Shown piece after piece: positions 13,014 to 22,566 of a DNA stretch of 64,000 nt (positions are counted from its first letter, which is position 1; the number at the start of each line of letters is the position of its first letter). The notes beneath the pieces were generated by a model. It was given only the letters and a program-made list of their open reading frames with translations. It was not told the DNA's origin and ran no database searches. Position numbers and translations under genes: made by a program. Source of the stretch: an uncultured Pseudomonadota bacterium (GTDB lineage Bacteria > Oederibacteriota > Muellerivitia > Muellerivitales > Muellerivitaceae); the NCBI GenBank assembly GCA_963836235.1, contig CAWIIP010000002.1, positions 640,001 to 704,000 on the forward strand, in the 5' to 3' direction.

Positions 13014-14081
13014 TCAATCTTGATTCTGTAACTGTTCTTCTTGATAAGCCAAGGCCAATACCTCCATGAATTCGTCAAGAGCTCCATCCATGACTTTGTC
13101 CAATTGGTAAAGAGTCAGTCCAATTCGATGGTCGGTAACCCGATTTTGAGGAAAGTTATAAGTCCTTATCTTTTCGCTGCGGTCACCGCTTCCCACTTGA
13201 CTCTTACGAGTTGCCGAGAGATTAGCTTTAGTTTCTTTATCTGATTTTTCTTGCAAACGGGCATAAAGTACTTTCATTGCCTTCGCCTTATTTTTTAATT
13301 GAGAACGTTCATCCTGACATTGAACTACCAAACCGCTCGGAAGATGGGTTATACGAACTGCGGAATAGGTGGTATTCACGCTCTGTCCTCCTGCACCCGA
13401 TGAGCAAAAAGTATCGATGCGCAGATCTGAATCCTTAATTTGTACATCAATATCTTCAACTTCAGGCAGAACAGCTACTGTCGTCGCTGAAGTATGAATT
13501 CGGCCCGAACCTTCGGTACGGGGCACCCGTTGAACCCGATGGGTGCCACTTTCAAACCTGAATTTTCCGAAAGCCTCCTTACCCATAACCATAAAAACAA
13601 TCTCTTTAAATCCCCCGATTTCTGTGGGACTGGTATCGATCAATTCGATTTTCATCCCGATTTTTTCAATATATCTAGAATACATGCGAAAAAGATCTGC
13701 TACAAAAAGAGCGGCCTCTTCCCCACCTGTTCCAGCCCGAATCTCCATAATAGCGTTTCGACTCCCATTGGGATCTTTTGGAATAAGCAAACGTTTTAAT
13801 TGCTTTTCAATTTCTTCCACTCTTTTTTCCAAGGTTGGCAACTCCACCTGCGCCAAAGTTTTCATTTCGAAATCTGGCCCCTCTAAAAAAGACCGTGTTT
13901 CATTCTTCTCTTGAGTAAATTGCCTATATTCTTTTATTTTTTGCACAAGCGGTTCCAAGTCCGCGCGTTCCTTGGCGACCTTTTGTAATTCCGAGGAATC
14001 GGAAAAGGTCTCTGGATGTATCAACCGATCCGAAAGTTCTTGATATCGCTTTTCAACTTGTTGGAGTTTGGATTCAATCAT
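13014..14081 (-). CDS. prfA: Peptide chain release factor 1
   Basis: GGQ motif, RVPRTE (PxT, RF1 type), RTYNFPQNRVTDHR. Confidence 0.97.
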   Translation of the reverse strand: MIESKLQQVEKRYQELSDRLIHPETFSDSSELQKVAKERADLEPLVQKIKEYRQFTQEKNETRSFLEGPDFEMKTLAQVELPTLEKRVEEIEKQLKRLLIPKDPNGSRNAIMEIRAGTGGEEAALFVADLFRMYSRYIEKIGMKIELIDTSPTEIGGFKEIVFMVMGKEAFGKFRFESGTHRVQRVPRTEGSGRIHTSATTVAVLPEVEDIDVQIKDSDLRIDTFCSSGAGGQSVNTTYSAVRITHLPSGLVVQCQDERSQLKNKAKAMKVLYARLQEKSDKETKANLSATRKSQVGSGDRSEKIRTYNFPQNRVTDHRIGLTLYQLDKVMDGALDEFMEVLALAYQEEQLQNQD

Positions 14082-14135
14082 CCCATAGCCTCAAAAAATT
14101 TTTTAAATTTGAAAAAATGCAAAATATGTAAATAG

Positions 14136-14169
14136 AAAAAGCCCCCGGTTTTAATAACCGGAGGCTTTT
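14136..14169 (-). terminator. Intrinsic terminator after rpmE
   Basis: AAAAGCCTCCGGTT-ATTAA-AACCGGGGGCTTTTT on the minus strand. Confidence 0.75.
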
Positions 14170-14186
14170 GAATAGGGTAAAAAAAT

Positions 14187-14498
14187 CTACGAGTTTTTTT
14201 CGGCCGGAGGAGGGACTGCTTGGCGCTTAGCTTTTTTGGCGGCGGCGGCAACCGCCTTAGCTTCTAAGCGAGCTTTTGTTTCAGCCTGGGCCGTGGCGGC
14301 GGTGGCACTCTTCTTTTGGAACTTCTCAACGCGACCAGCCATATCGAGTAATTTAATCTTACCCGTAAAAAAAGGGTGACACGCGGAGCAAACTTCCACC
14401 GAGAATGTTTCACCTTTTGTAGTGGCCGTTTCAATCACATTTCCGCAAACACAAACAACTTTGGTTTTGTAATATTTTGGATGTATTCCTGTTTTCAT
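14187..14498 (-). CDS. rpmE: 50S ribosomal protein L31 (Zn-binding type) with Ala/Lys-rich C-terminal tail
   Basis: [12 protein letters not shown]...[16 protein letters not shown]. Confidence 0.95.
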   Translation of the reverse strand: MKTGIHPKYYKTKVVCVCGNVIETATTKGETFSVEVCSACHPFFTGKIKLLDMAGRVEKFQKKSATAATAQAETKARLEAKAVAAAAKKAKRQAVPPPAEKNS

Positions 14499-14663
14499 TC
14501 CGCCACTCCATTTCCTGATTTCAACTCGTTTCTTAGTTTACTGAACAAAGCCTTGGGCTTTCTCCCTTAAGGGTTGCTTAGTCTATTCAAAAAAATAAAA
14601 AAATCAACCAGGGAAGTAAAGGGGCTCCCGCATAAATCTCTCGACAGGGTTGTTTTCCTAGGA

Positions 14664-15557
14664 TTATTGAACTAAATACAACAATGGATTTTGGGGCTTT
14701 CCATTTAAGCGAACCTCGAAATGAAGGTGCGGTCCTGTCACCCGGCCCGTGTTTCCCACTTTACCAATCAGATCTCCTTTTTTTACCAATTGGTTGGGTT
14801 TTACCAAGATTTCATCTAAATGAGCGTAATAAGAAGTAAGCTTGGCCCCATGATCCAAAATGATAAGCCTTCCGTAGCCATTCCTAAAATTAGCAAAAAG
14901 GACCCGTCCATCTTGGGCCGCCAATACACAGGCACCTAAACCCGGAGCTAAATCTAACCCCTCATGAAATGCCATCTTGTGGGTAATCGGATGGATTCGA
15001 TAGCCGAATCCATCCGCAAAACGACCTGTAGTAGGTTTGAGGAAACCTTTTTGAATTCCTAATGAGTCTAAGGCGAGCCATCGAACATCTTGCCGGGTAA
15101 GATAAACCCCGCCTGGTAAATAGAGAACTTCGCCCGGTTGTAAATCAGAATCATCTTTTTTTTGATTGGCTTGAAGTACTATCTTCAATGTTACTTCGTA
15201 AGTCCGGGCGATATCCGCCAAACCCTGTCCTAAACGGACTAAGTGAAAAATTCCATCTTTAGACGGAATAAAAATCGGAGATCCTTCTCGTGGAAGGGAA
15301 TTGTCGTTGGCTTGGTTTAAACTTCGAAGAGTAGTCTCTAACAGATGATACTTTCGAGATATGCTTAAATAAGTATCCCCCAAAATTGGATGATAAATGA
15401 AAAAGCGAATTCCAGGAATTTGAAAAAAAGGCGTAAAGTCCTCGAGATTCGTTTGTTGGGATGGTGGGGGAGCCGAAACAGCCGAAAGAATTTCAGGCTT
15501 CATGGCTCGAGCAACCAAGAAAAACATTGTTATCAACAAAATGGCCAAAATACCCAC
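14664..15557 (-). CDS. LysM x2 + M23 metallopeptidase (active-site residues intact)
   Basis: Two LysM-like repeats, HEGLDL and GPHLHFEV Zn motifs, N-terminal hydrophobic segment. Confidence 0.88.
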   Translation of the reverse strand: MGILAILLITMFFLVARAMKPEILSAVSAPPPSQQTNLEDFTPFFQIPGIRFFIYHPILGDTYLSISRKYHLLETTLRSLNQANDNSLPREGSPIFIPSKDGIFHLVRLGQGLADIARTYEVTLKIVLQANQKKDDSDLQPGEVLYLPGGVYLTRQDVRWLALDSLGIQKGFLKPTTGRFADGFGYRIHPITHKMAFHEGLDLAPGLGACVLAAQDGRVLFANFRNGYGRLIILDHGAKLTSYYAHLDEILVKPNQLVKKGDLIGKVGNTGRVTGPHLHFEVRLNGKPQNPLLYLVQ

Positions 15558-15597
15558 AACGAAAAAGTAAATCCGCCGGACAAAAGAGTCAATAGAC

Positions 15598-16857
15598 TTA
15601 TTCGTTGGCGGTACCCTTCATAGAATCCAAAAAAGATTTATTAGATTTAGTACGACGCATTTTATCTAATAGAAATTCCATGGCGTCCACAGGATTATTC
15701 GGATTCAGAATTTTTCGCAAAATCCAAACCTTATTAAGTTCTTCTTCGGTGAGAAGTAATTCCTCCCGGCGCGTTCCTGAACGAGTAATGTCAAAAGCTG
15801 GGAATACCCGCCGATCCGCTAATTTGCGATCCAAGATAATCTCCTGGTTCCCCGTTCCCTTGAATTCTTCGAAAATCACTTCATCCATCCGGCTACCGGT
15901 ATCAATGAGTGCTGTTGCCATTATGGTCAAACTACCTCCTTCCTCGATGTCACGAGCGGCCCCAAAAAACCTTTTCGGTCGTTGGAGGGCATTTGAGTCG
16001 ACCCCACCGGAGAGGACTTTTCCGGAAGAAGGTACAATCGTGTTATAGGCTCTTCCCAAGCGGGTAATGGAATCCAAAAGAATAACGACATCCTTTTTAT
16101 GCTCAACAAGACGTTTGGCTTTCTCAATAATAATTTCGGCGACCGTAACATGACGTTCGGGGGGTTCATCAAAGGTGGAAGAAACAACTTCACCCTTCAC
16201 CGACCGCTGCATATCAGTGACTTCTTCAGGTCTTTCATCAATTAGGAGAACGATCAGATAAACTTCGGGATGATTTTTTGCAATGCTATTGGCAATTTTT
16301 TGCAGAAGTATCGTTTTTCCCGTACGGGGTGGCGCAACGATTAAACCACGCTGACCCTTTCCCAAAGGAATAAGGAGATCCATAACCCTCATGGATAAAT
16401 CATCCGGAGTTGTTTCTAACCAAATCCGTTTGTTTGGGTAAATCGGCGTTAAGTTATCAAAAAGGACCTTTTGCTTGATAGCATCTGGCGGTTCAAAATT
16501 AATGGAGTCTACTTTTAACAGTGCAAAATATCTTTCTCCTTCTTTGGGAGGTCGAACTTGGCCCGTTACTGTATCTCCTGTCCTTAAGTTAAACCGGCGG
16601 ATTTGAGAAGGAGAAACATAAATGTCATCAGGTCCCGGCAGGTAGTTGTAATTGGCGGACCGAAGAAATCCAAAACCATCGGGCAAAATCTCAAGCACAC
16701 CTTCGGCATTGATGACACCGTTTCGTTGGGTTTGAGTCTCCAGGATTTTGAAGATCAAGTCCTGTTTTTTCATAGCGCTAACACCTTCAAGGTTCAGCTC
16801 CCGGGCCACCTCAGTCAACTCCGCAATGGTTTTTTTCTTCAAATCCGCAATATCCAT
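15598..16857 (-). CDS. rho: Transcription termination factor Rho
   Basis: [33 protein letters not shown]. Confidence 0.98.
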   Translation of the reverse strand: MDIADLKKKTIAELTEVARELNLEGVSAMKKQDLIFKILETQTQRNGVINAEGVLEILPDGFGFLRSANYNYLPGPDDIYVSPSQIRRFNLRTGDTVTGQVRPPKEGERYFALLKVDSINFEPPDAIKQKVLFDNLTPIYPNKRIWLETTPDDLSMRVMDLLIPLGKGQRGLIVAPPRTGKTILLQKIANSIAKNHPEVYLIVLLIDERPEEVTDMQRSVKGEVVSSTFDEPPERHVTVAEIIIEKAKRLVEHKKDVVILLDSITRLGRAYNTIVPSSGKVLSGGVDSNALQRPKRFFGAARDIEEGGSLTIMATALIDTGSRMDEVIFEEFKGTGNQEIILDRKLADRRVFPAFDITRSGTRREELLLTEEELNKVWILRKILNPNNPVDAMEFLLDKMRRTKSNKSFLDSMKGTANE

Positions 16858-17099
16858 AATCCCTAAAGTCCTTTCTAAAATATCAGCGGGTTATACAAAT
16901 CCAAAACTAATGGAATTATTGAAATTCTAAAAAAAATCATTATGAATTTTCACTTGAGATCGCATCAATACTGTCAAATCCAACCAAAAAAATTGGGTTT
17001 AAAATCCATTTCTATGAACATTTATAGACGTTCTTTGGGGATTGGTCCGTTGGGAGTACATGATTGGGGATAACGCTTGGCGTCTTTGAAGTCGAATTA

Positions 17100-17127
17100 A
17101 TCTTATCATGCTAAATGAGCCTGTCAA
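17100..17127 (-). promoter_or_regulatory. Putative rho promoter, implying a ~240-nt leader
   Basis: TTGACA (17127-17122) - 16 nt - TAAGAT with extended -10 TGn. Confidence 0.5.
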
Positions 17128-17147
17128 CCATTTTTCCATCAACCTTT

Positions 17148-18542
17148 TTAAAATGGATAGGCTACAATTCGGTTCCGGCCTCTGCCTTTAGCCGCATAAA
17201 GTGCCTTGTCCGACTTGCTAATTAGGTCCAAATTCGTGAGAGCATCTTGGGGGAAAGTAGCCACACCAATGGACACCGTAACCCTCGTCATTTCCTTGCC
17301 AACCGAAAAAGAATTAGATTCAACAGCTTTTCGAATTTTTTCCGCTAATTCCATCGCCTGTTCCTTAGTGGTTTCTGGCGCAATTAAGACCATTTCTTCT
17401 CCACCATAACGAGCCACCAAGTGGTTCATCCCAGCTTGTCCCTTCAAAATCTTGGCAACTTCCATCAACACATGGTCTCCAGCAACATGGCCATAAGTAT
17501 CGTTGTAATGCTTGAAATGGTCGATATCTAGGATTAAAAGGCTTAGTTGGGAAGAATAACGGTTGGCTAGAATCAACTCCTCTTCCAACCGCTGTTTGAA
17601 ATAGCGATGAGAATATAACTTGGTCAAACCATCGGTAATAGATAATTTCTGGACTTTTTCATACAGTAGTGATTTTTGAAGCCCAATGGAAATCTGATTA
17701 CAAAAAACCTGAAGATTAGAATATTTTTCCTGGTCAATGAAATTTTCTTGTGAAGAAAAAGAGCACAAAAAACCAATAACCCTATCTTGGATCAGAAATG
17801 GAAGAAATGCAAAAGAGCGCACGGCCAAATTTCGTAATTTTGAAAAATGATCCATCTCCCCCACCAACGGAACTAAAACAGGCTTTCTTTCGCGTGCTAA
17901 AATGGCTGCCAAACCATTCGACTCCATATCCATTTCAAAAGACCTAAAAAGAGAATCATCGCATCCAGAAGCAATCCTGATTTCATATTTCCTTCCATCA
18001 GTGGAAAGCACAGCAATAATAAAATGCGGAAGATCAAACATTCTTTCAGTGAATTCCTTAGTCAACTCAATCATCTCCTGAACATTGAGGGTACTTCCCG
18101 CATCCTTAATAACATCGTACAAATGCTCGATTTGACGGAGTTGTTTTTCAATTTGAGTGTTCTCTTTTTTTATATTCTCCGCAACACCCCTAAAATTCTC
18201 ATACTCGGCTTTTTTCGATTCATGTTGATTTTTAAACCTGGTTTTAATTTTACGGAAACTCTCTTTAATGAATGCTGGCGCCCAATAAAGAATAACGAGA
18301 GCAGTAATTTCGGGGAAAATCCAGTTTTGTTGATAGCGATGGGCCACCAATCGCCCGAACACCAATCCAAAGCTATAGCCACCCAAAAACCATGCACCTG
18401 TAATTGGAAACGAAAAACGCATAAACCCTATAAAAAAAAATGGAAGACAAACAAAAAAAGCGCCAGGTCCGGGCAAAAGTGCGATTCCCAAAACTGCTAT
18501 GACAAGAAATAAACCCAAAATTTTCTGTGATAGATCCGTCAT
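17148..18542 (-). CDS. Membrane-anchored GAF-GGDEF diguanylate cyclase (no I-site)
   Basis: N-terminal TM helices, coiled coil, GAF-like region, TDGLT, DIDHFKHYNDTYGH, YGGEEM; ATG at 18542 overlaps upstream TAA. Confidence 0.9.
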   Translation of the reverse strand: MTDLSQKILGLFLVIAVLGIALLPGPGAFFVCLPFFFIGFMRFSFPITGAWFLGGYSFGLVFGRLVAHRYQQNWIFPEITALVILYWAPAFIKESFRKIKTRFKNQHESKKAEYENFRGVAENIKKENTQIEKQLRQIEHLYDVIKDAGSTLNVQEMIELTKEFTERMFDLPHFIIAVLSTDGRKYEIRIASGCDDSLFRSFEMDMESNGLAAILARERKPVLVPLVGEMDHFSKLRNLAVRSFAFLPFLIQDRVIGFLCSFSSQENFIDQEKYSNLQVFCNQISIGLQKSLLYEKVQKLSITDGLTKLYSHRYFKQRLEEELILANRYSSQLSLLILDIDHFKHYNDTYGHVAGDHVLMEVAKILKGQAGMNHLVARYGGEEMVLIAPETTKEQAMELAEKIRKAVESNSFSVGKEMTRVTVSIGVATFPQDALTNLDLISKSDKALYAAKGRGRNRIVAYPF

Positions 18543-20050
18543 TAGGAAGTTCCCGTCTTCGCTAAGCGCACACAATTTTTACCATCGTCCTTTGCTTGAT
18601 ATAAAGCCTGGTCGGCGGAATCAATGAATATCTCAACGTCTTTAAAAGCTGGATTCAGTTCAGAAACACCAATACTAACGGTAATATGAGTGGACTGTTG
18701 CGAAGCAATGATCTCCTGCTCAGCCACTTTTTGCCGGATGCGCTCCGCAACGGTTTTCGCGCCAGACCAAGGCGTCTTAAGCAGGAGAACAGAAAATTCT
18801 TCCCCACCATACCTGGCAACCAGATCCACCGTCCGAACGGTTTCCTTAAGCACTTGGGCCACCACTTTCAAAACCTTATCTCCCACGAGATGGCCATATT
18901 TGTCGTTATAGCTTTTAAAATTATCAACGTCGATCATCATGAGACAAAGGGGGAGTTTATGCTCCAAGGCCCGGAAAACCTCATCACGAACCCTTTCCTT
19001 GTAGTAGCGCTGCACATAAAGACCTGTAAGTCCGTCGGTAATTGCCAATTCAATGGTTTGCCGATAAAGTGCGACATGTTCTAAGGCCACGGTTCCTAAA
19101 TCACTAAAATTCGAAAGCAACCGAGCATCATCCTGTCGGAACGCTGTCGAAAAACAGCTTTCAATGCGGATAAGCCCCAATATTTCATTGCCCGCCATAA
19201 GAGGAGCGGACATCAGGCTCCGAATCTTGTTTTCAGAAGAATAGTTCTGAAACCGAAAGTCATTGCTTGTATCACTGATAAAAAGAGGCTTTCCCTGGGA
19301 CACCACCCAAGTATTAAAAATCTCTTCGGGATTGAGCCGCTCCCGATTCAACCTGACTTCCATTTCTGTATCCACGCTATAACGAACTGAGTGAAGTGCC
19401 TTTCCAATCGTACTATCGAATAGTAAAAGGGTATACACTCCTCCCTGCACCATAAAGGTTTTTGAAATCGTTTCAATCAAAAGGACTACTACATCTTGGG
19501 TTTTAAAAGTCATGGCCAGACTTCGAGCCAGTTCGTTCAAGGCGGTATAACGCTGGATTTTCATCAGGTTAGACTGATGGGCCACCTTGATTTTCTCATA
19601 AGAGATTCGGGTGTCGTTCATGTTCAATTCGAGTTCCTCTTGGGCTTTCTGAAACTGAAATTCCTGTAGCTCATTTTGGCGAATCCATCGATACCAACCG
19701 TAATAATTGACGCTTAAACCCAGGACAAAGGTCGCCGCAACCCAAGGCGGAGAAGAAACACTTACGAGATTGATAATGGAAACCACAATAACAACGACCG
19801 TCAGAACGGCGGTCGTATTCAACCCTAAAAGCACACCAGAAAGGGTTAAAGGAACAAAAAAAAGAAAAAGAGGCGATAAAAGGTTTTCACCTCTTTGTGC
19901 GGCTGAATAACAAACCGTGATAGCAATCAGCAAAGTTGTAATAACGATAATCCATCTTTGTTGAATTTTTAAGTTTTCGAGATTAAATAGTTTTTTCATA
20001 AAAAAATTTAAAATCTGCCTTTCGTAAAACACGGAATAATGAAGTCTCAT
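18542..20050 (-). CDS. Membrane-anchored GAF-GGDEF diguanylate cyclase (RxxD I-site)
   Basis: TM helices, GAF-like region, DVDNFKSYNDKYGH, RTVDLVARYGGEEF; start 20050 (ATGA overlap with coaE) or 19999. Confidence 0.9.
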   Translation of the reverse strand: MRLHYSVFYERQILNFFMKKLFNLENLKIQQRWIIVITTLLIAITVCYSAAQRGENLLSPLFLFFVPLTLSGVLLGLNTTAVLTVVVIVVSIINLVSVSSPPWVAATFVLGLSVNYYGWYRWIRQNELQEFQFQKAQEELELNMNDTRISYEKIKVAHQSNLMKIQRYTALNELARSLAMTFKTQDVVVLLIETISKTFMVQGGVYTLLLFDSTIGKALHSVRYSVDTEMEVRLNRERLNPEEIFNTWVVSQGKPLFISDTSNDFRFQNYSSENKIRSLMSAPLMAGNEILGLIRIESCFSTAFRQDDARLLSNFSDLGTVALEHVALYRQTIELAITDGLTGLYVQRYYKERVRDEVFRALEHKLPLCLMMIDVDNFKSYNDKYGHLVGDKVLKVVAQVLKETVRTVDLVARYGGEEFSVLLLKTPWSGAKTVAERIRQKVAEQEIIASQQSTHITVSIGVSELNPAFKDVEIFIDSADQALYQAKDDGKNCVRLAKTGTS

Positions 20051-20646
20051 TCAAATCTCTTGAGCCACTGGTTAACTGCGTATTTTAAATGTTTTCGTCC
20101 ACTTTGGTTGAAAATGATCCAATCCGCCCTCGAGTTCTTTCGACTTTGGGACCATTGGGCATTTTCTCTGAGCCGGATTTCAGGTAAATCCCACCCTCTT
20201 TTTAGAAGCCGCTGTTGCCTCTGATTGCGGGGAGACGAAACACTAAGTATTCGGTCAAAAGCCCTGTTGTATCCACGTTCAAACAACAAAGGCACTTCAA
20301 CAACTACCATGCGATAAGGCGAGGCCTTACGGGTTTGCCGGTTAATCCATTTGGCGACTCTTTTACGAACTTCTGGATGGAGAATTTCATTTAATCTCTT
20401 TCGTTTACCGGGAGCATTAAAAATCAGAGAAGCTAGCTTTTTTCGGTCAATAATTCCACGCCGGTTTAGAATGCCTGCCCCAAATTGTTCGGTCAGAGCT
20501 ATCGAGAATTTTTTTTCCTTTAGAATTTGGTGGCTCAAAATATCCGTTTGAAGAACAGGAATCCCTTTTTCTTTGAGAAGTCTCAAAACCAAACTTTTCC
20601 CCGCCCCCAGTCCGCCCGTTAAACCCACTTTGAGCGGTTTCAGCAT
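20047..20646 (-). CDS. coaE: Dephospho-CoA kinase
   Basis: VGLTGGLGAGKS, IDRKKLA, LNEILHPEV, VEVPLLFE; ATG 20646 behind GGGGAG. Confidence 0.93.
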   Translation of the reverse strand: MLKPLKVGLTGGLGAGKSLVLRLLKEKGIPVLQTDILSHQILKEKKFSIALTEQFGAGILNRRGIIDRKKLASLIFNAPGKRKRLNEILHPEVRKRVAKWINRQTRKASPYRMVVVEVPLLFERGYNRAFDRILSVSSPRNQRQQRLLKRGWDLPEIRLRENAQWSQSRKNSRADWIIFNQSGRKHLKYAVNQWLKRFE

Positions 20647-20717
20647 TTCCGCACTCCCCAAAATTTTATTATAAGCACTAAGGTGTTGCGGATTCCTGGC
20701 GACCGGAAAGAAATGAT

Positions 20718-21569
20718 TTATAAATTCGTTTGTTGCATAAAAGCTTCGTAAGTATTTTTCATCAAAAGGGCGATCGTCATAGGTCCCACGCCGCCCGGCA
20801 CCGGGGTAATCGCCGACACCTTGGGGGCAATAGTTTCAAAATCCACATCTCCAACTAGTTTTCCTTCAGGGGTCCGATTGATCCCAACATCCACGACAAC
20901 CGCTCCATTTTGAATCATGTCTGCTGTCACAAAACGAGGTTTTCCAATGGCAGCGACCACCAACTCGGCTTCAAGAATAACTTCACCAATTTTTCGGGTT
21001 TTACTATGACATATCGTAACGGTTGCGTTGGCTTCCACAAGAAGTTGGGCCATGGGTTTTCCCACCATGATACTCCTCCCAATCACCACAGCTCTTTTCC
21101 CTGAAACGGGCACTTTGTAATAATCCAACATGGCCATGACCCCGGTGGGTGTGCAAGAGCGCAAACCCGGTAAACCGGCGACAAGTTTCCCAAGGCTGTA
21201 AGGATGCATTCCATCCACGTCCTTGCGGGGATCGATAGTCTCGATGACTTTTTGAGTGTTCAAGTGCTTTGGCAGCGGTAACTGCACAAGTACGCCATGA
21301 ATTTTTGGATCTTGATTTAAAGTCTGGATTAAGCTTAATAAATCGCTTTCAATTATTTCTTTGGGCAGCCGATGTTCTTCAGAATAAAACCCAAGTGCCT
21401 CGCAGGCTTTTTTCTTGCGGCCCACGTAAATGGCGGAAGCGGGATCATCGCCTACCAACACTACAGCTAAACCTGGTCTCTGCCCGTTGGATTGAACATT
21501 TGCCAAGCTTTTAACAACTTGTTCTTGGACTGCCTTAGCGGCTGCGTTTCCATTTAAGATCAAAGCCAT
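20718..21569 (-). CDS. folD: Methylene-THF dehydrogenase/cyclohydrolase
   Basis: VQLPLP, KDVDG, CTPTGV, GRSIMVGKP, TPVPGGVGPMT; ATG 21569 behind GGGAGG. Confidence 0.96.
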   Translation of the reverse strand: MALILNGNAAAKAVQEQVVKSLANVQSNGQRPGLAVVLVGDDPASAIYVGRKKKACEALGFYSEEHRLPKEIIESDLLSLIQTLNQDPKIHGVLVQLPLPKHLNTQKVIETIDPRKDVDGMHPYSLGKLVAGLPGLRSCTPTGVMAMLDYYKVPVSGKRAVVIGRSIMVGKPMAQLLVEANATVTICHSKTRKIGEVILEAELVVAAIGKPRFVTADMIQNGAVVVDVGINRTPEGKLVGDVDFETIAPKVSAITPVPGGVGPMTIALLMKNTYEAFMQQTNL

Positions 21570-21705
21570 GTTTCCTCCCGGGAAACGGAAATAGGATCGA
21601 ATCGCTTTGTCATCGGTTTGCTTCAGGAAGTAGGGGAGTAAAGAAGGCAAGCCGTGGTTATTTTAACGATTGATTTTTTTGAAACAAGGGATTTAACAAC
21701 AAACA

Positions 21706-22566
21706 TTAAAATGAAGTACCCTGAAGCGCCCACTTCCGGTAATATTGCCAAAGTCGAAGTGTGAAGAGCGCGGGACGGTTTAGAAGGCGACCTTGTAAAT
21801 GGGAAGCGCTCATAATTCCTACACCGGAACCGGTAAAAAACAATTCACCTTGCTCCATAACATCCGAAGGCTTCCAACTTTTCTCAACCACCTTCGTTCC
21901 CAACCTACGGCACAAACCCAGGATTTTTTTTCGAGTCACACTTTCCAATCCACCGCGTGCTAAGGGCGGAGCCAAAACCTTTCCGTGGGCGAACCATAGC
22001 GGCGACGAGCTGCCCCCGTCTACCACAAAACCTTTTTGATCCAAGCGGAGAATCTCATCCCATTCGGGGTGCCGACGAAAATCCTGACGGATCATCATAT
22101 AAAATATCCATTTAAACTGACCCGGTGCAGAACTCGAACCAGGAACCGACCAACTACTGATCCCCACTTTACCTTGAAGTGGCTCAAAATTCCCTGGATC
22201 GCTCCTCAGCGGTCGAATCATAGCCAGCAACCGGGGAGCCTCATTGGAAAAATGTCGTGGATTAGCTGGCGGGGCTATCTCCTGCGCCAAACTAAACCGA
22301 ATGGTGAAATGACGTGGTGCCTCTGGTTGGGCCGCATATAATCTTATGGCTTTTCTAAATCTTTCACGAGGAATCACCGGCCAATCCAAAAATCGGCATC
22401 CTCTTTCGAGCCTATCAAGATGTTCCTTAAAAAAAAGTGGCTTACCTTGATAAACCGGAATGGTTTCCAACAAGGATTCCCCAAAGAAAAGAGCCGTATT
22501 CAAGGGTGAAAACCGGGCTTTCCTTAAGGAAACCAACTTGATATCCACGAACAAAAGATCGGTCAT
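21706..22566 (-). CDS. pabC: Class IV PLP aminotransferase family, probable 4-amino-4-deoxychorismate lyase (divergent)
   Basis: FFGESLLET, HLDRL, candidate PLP Lys in GQFKWIFY, LESVTR, ELFFTGS; coupled to pabB. Confidence 0.7.
   Translation of the reverse strand: MTDLLFVDIKLVSLRKARFSPLNTALFFGESLLETIPVYQGKPLFFKEHLDRLERGCRFLDWPVIPRERFRKAIRLYAAQPEAPRHFTIRFSLAQEIAPPANPRHFSNEAPRLLAMIRPLRSDPGNFEPLQGKVGISSWSVPGSSSAPGQFKWIFYMMIRQDFRRHPEWDEILRLDQKGFVVDGGSSSPLWFAHGKVLAPPLARGGLESVTRKKILGLCRRLGTKVVEKSWKPSDVMEQGELFFTGSGVGIMSASHLQGRLLNRPALFTLRLWQYYRKWALQGTSF

Noticed and set aside
21644-21659. 16-nt folD leader segment exactly complementary to the pdxJ 3' coding region (50604-50619)
   Set aside because: On the order of one 16-mer inverted match is expected by chance in 64 kb; no supporting structure
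21570-21705. THF or ZTP riboswitch upstream of folD
   Set aside because: Leader is pyrimidine-rich and lacks the conserved motifs of either class
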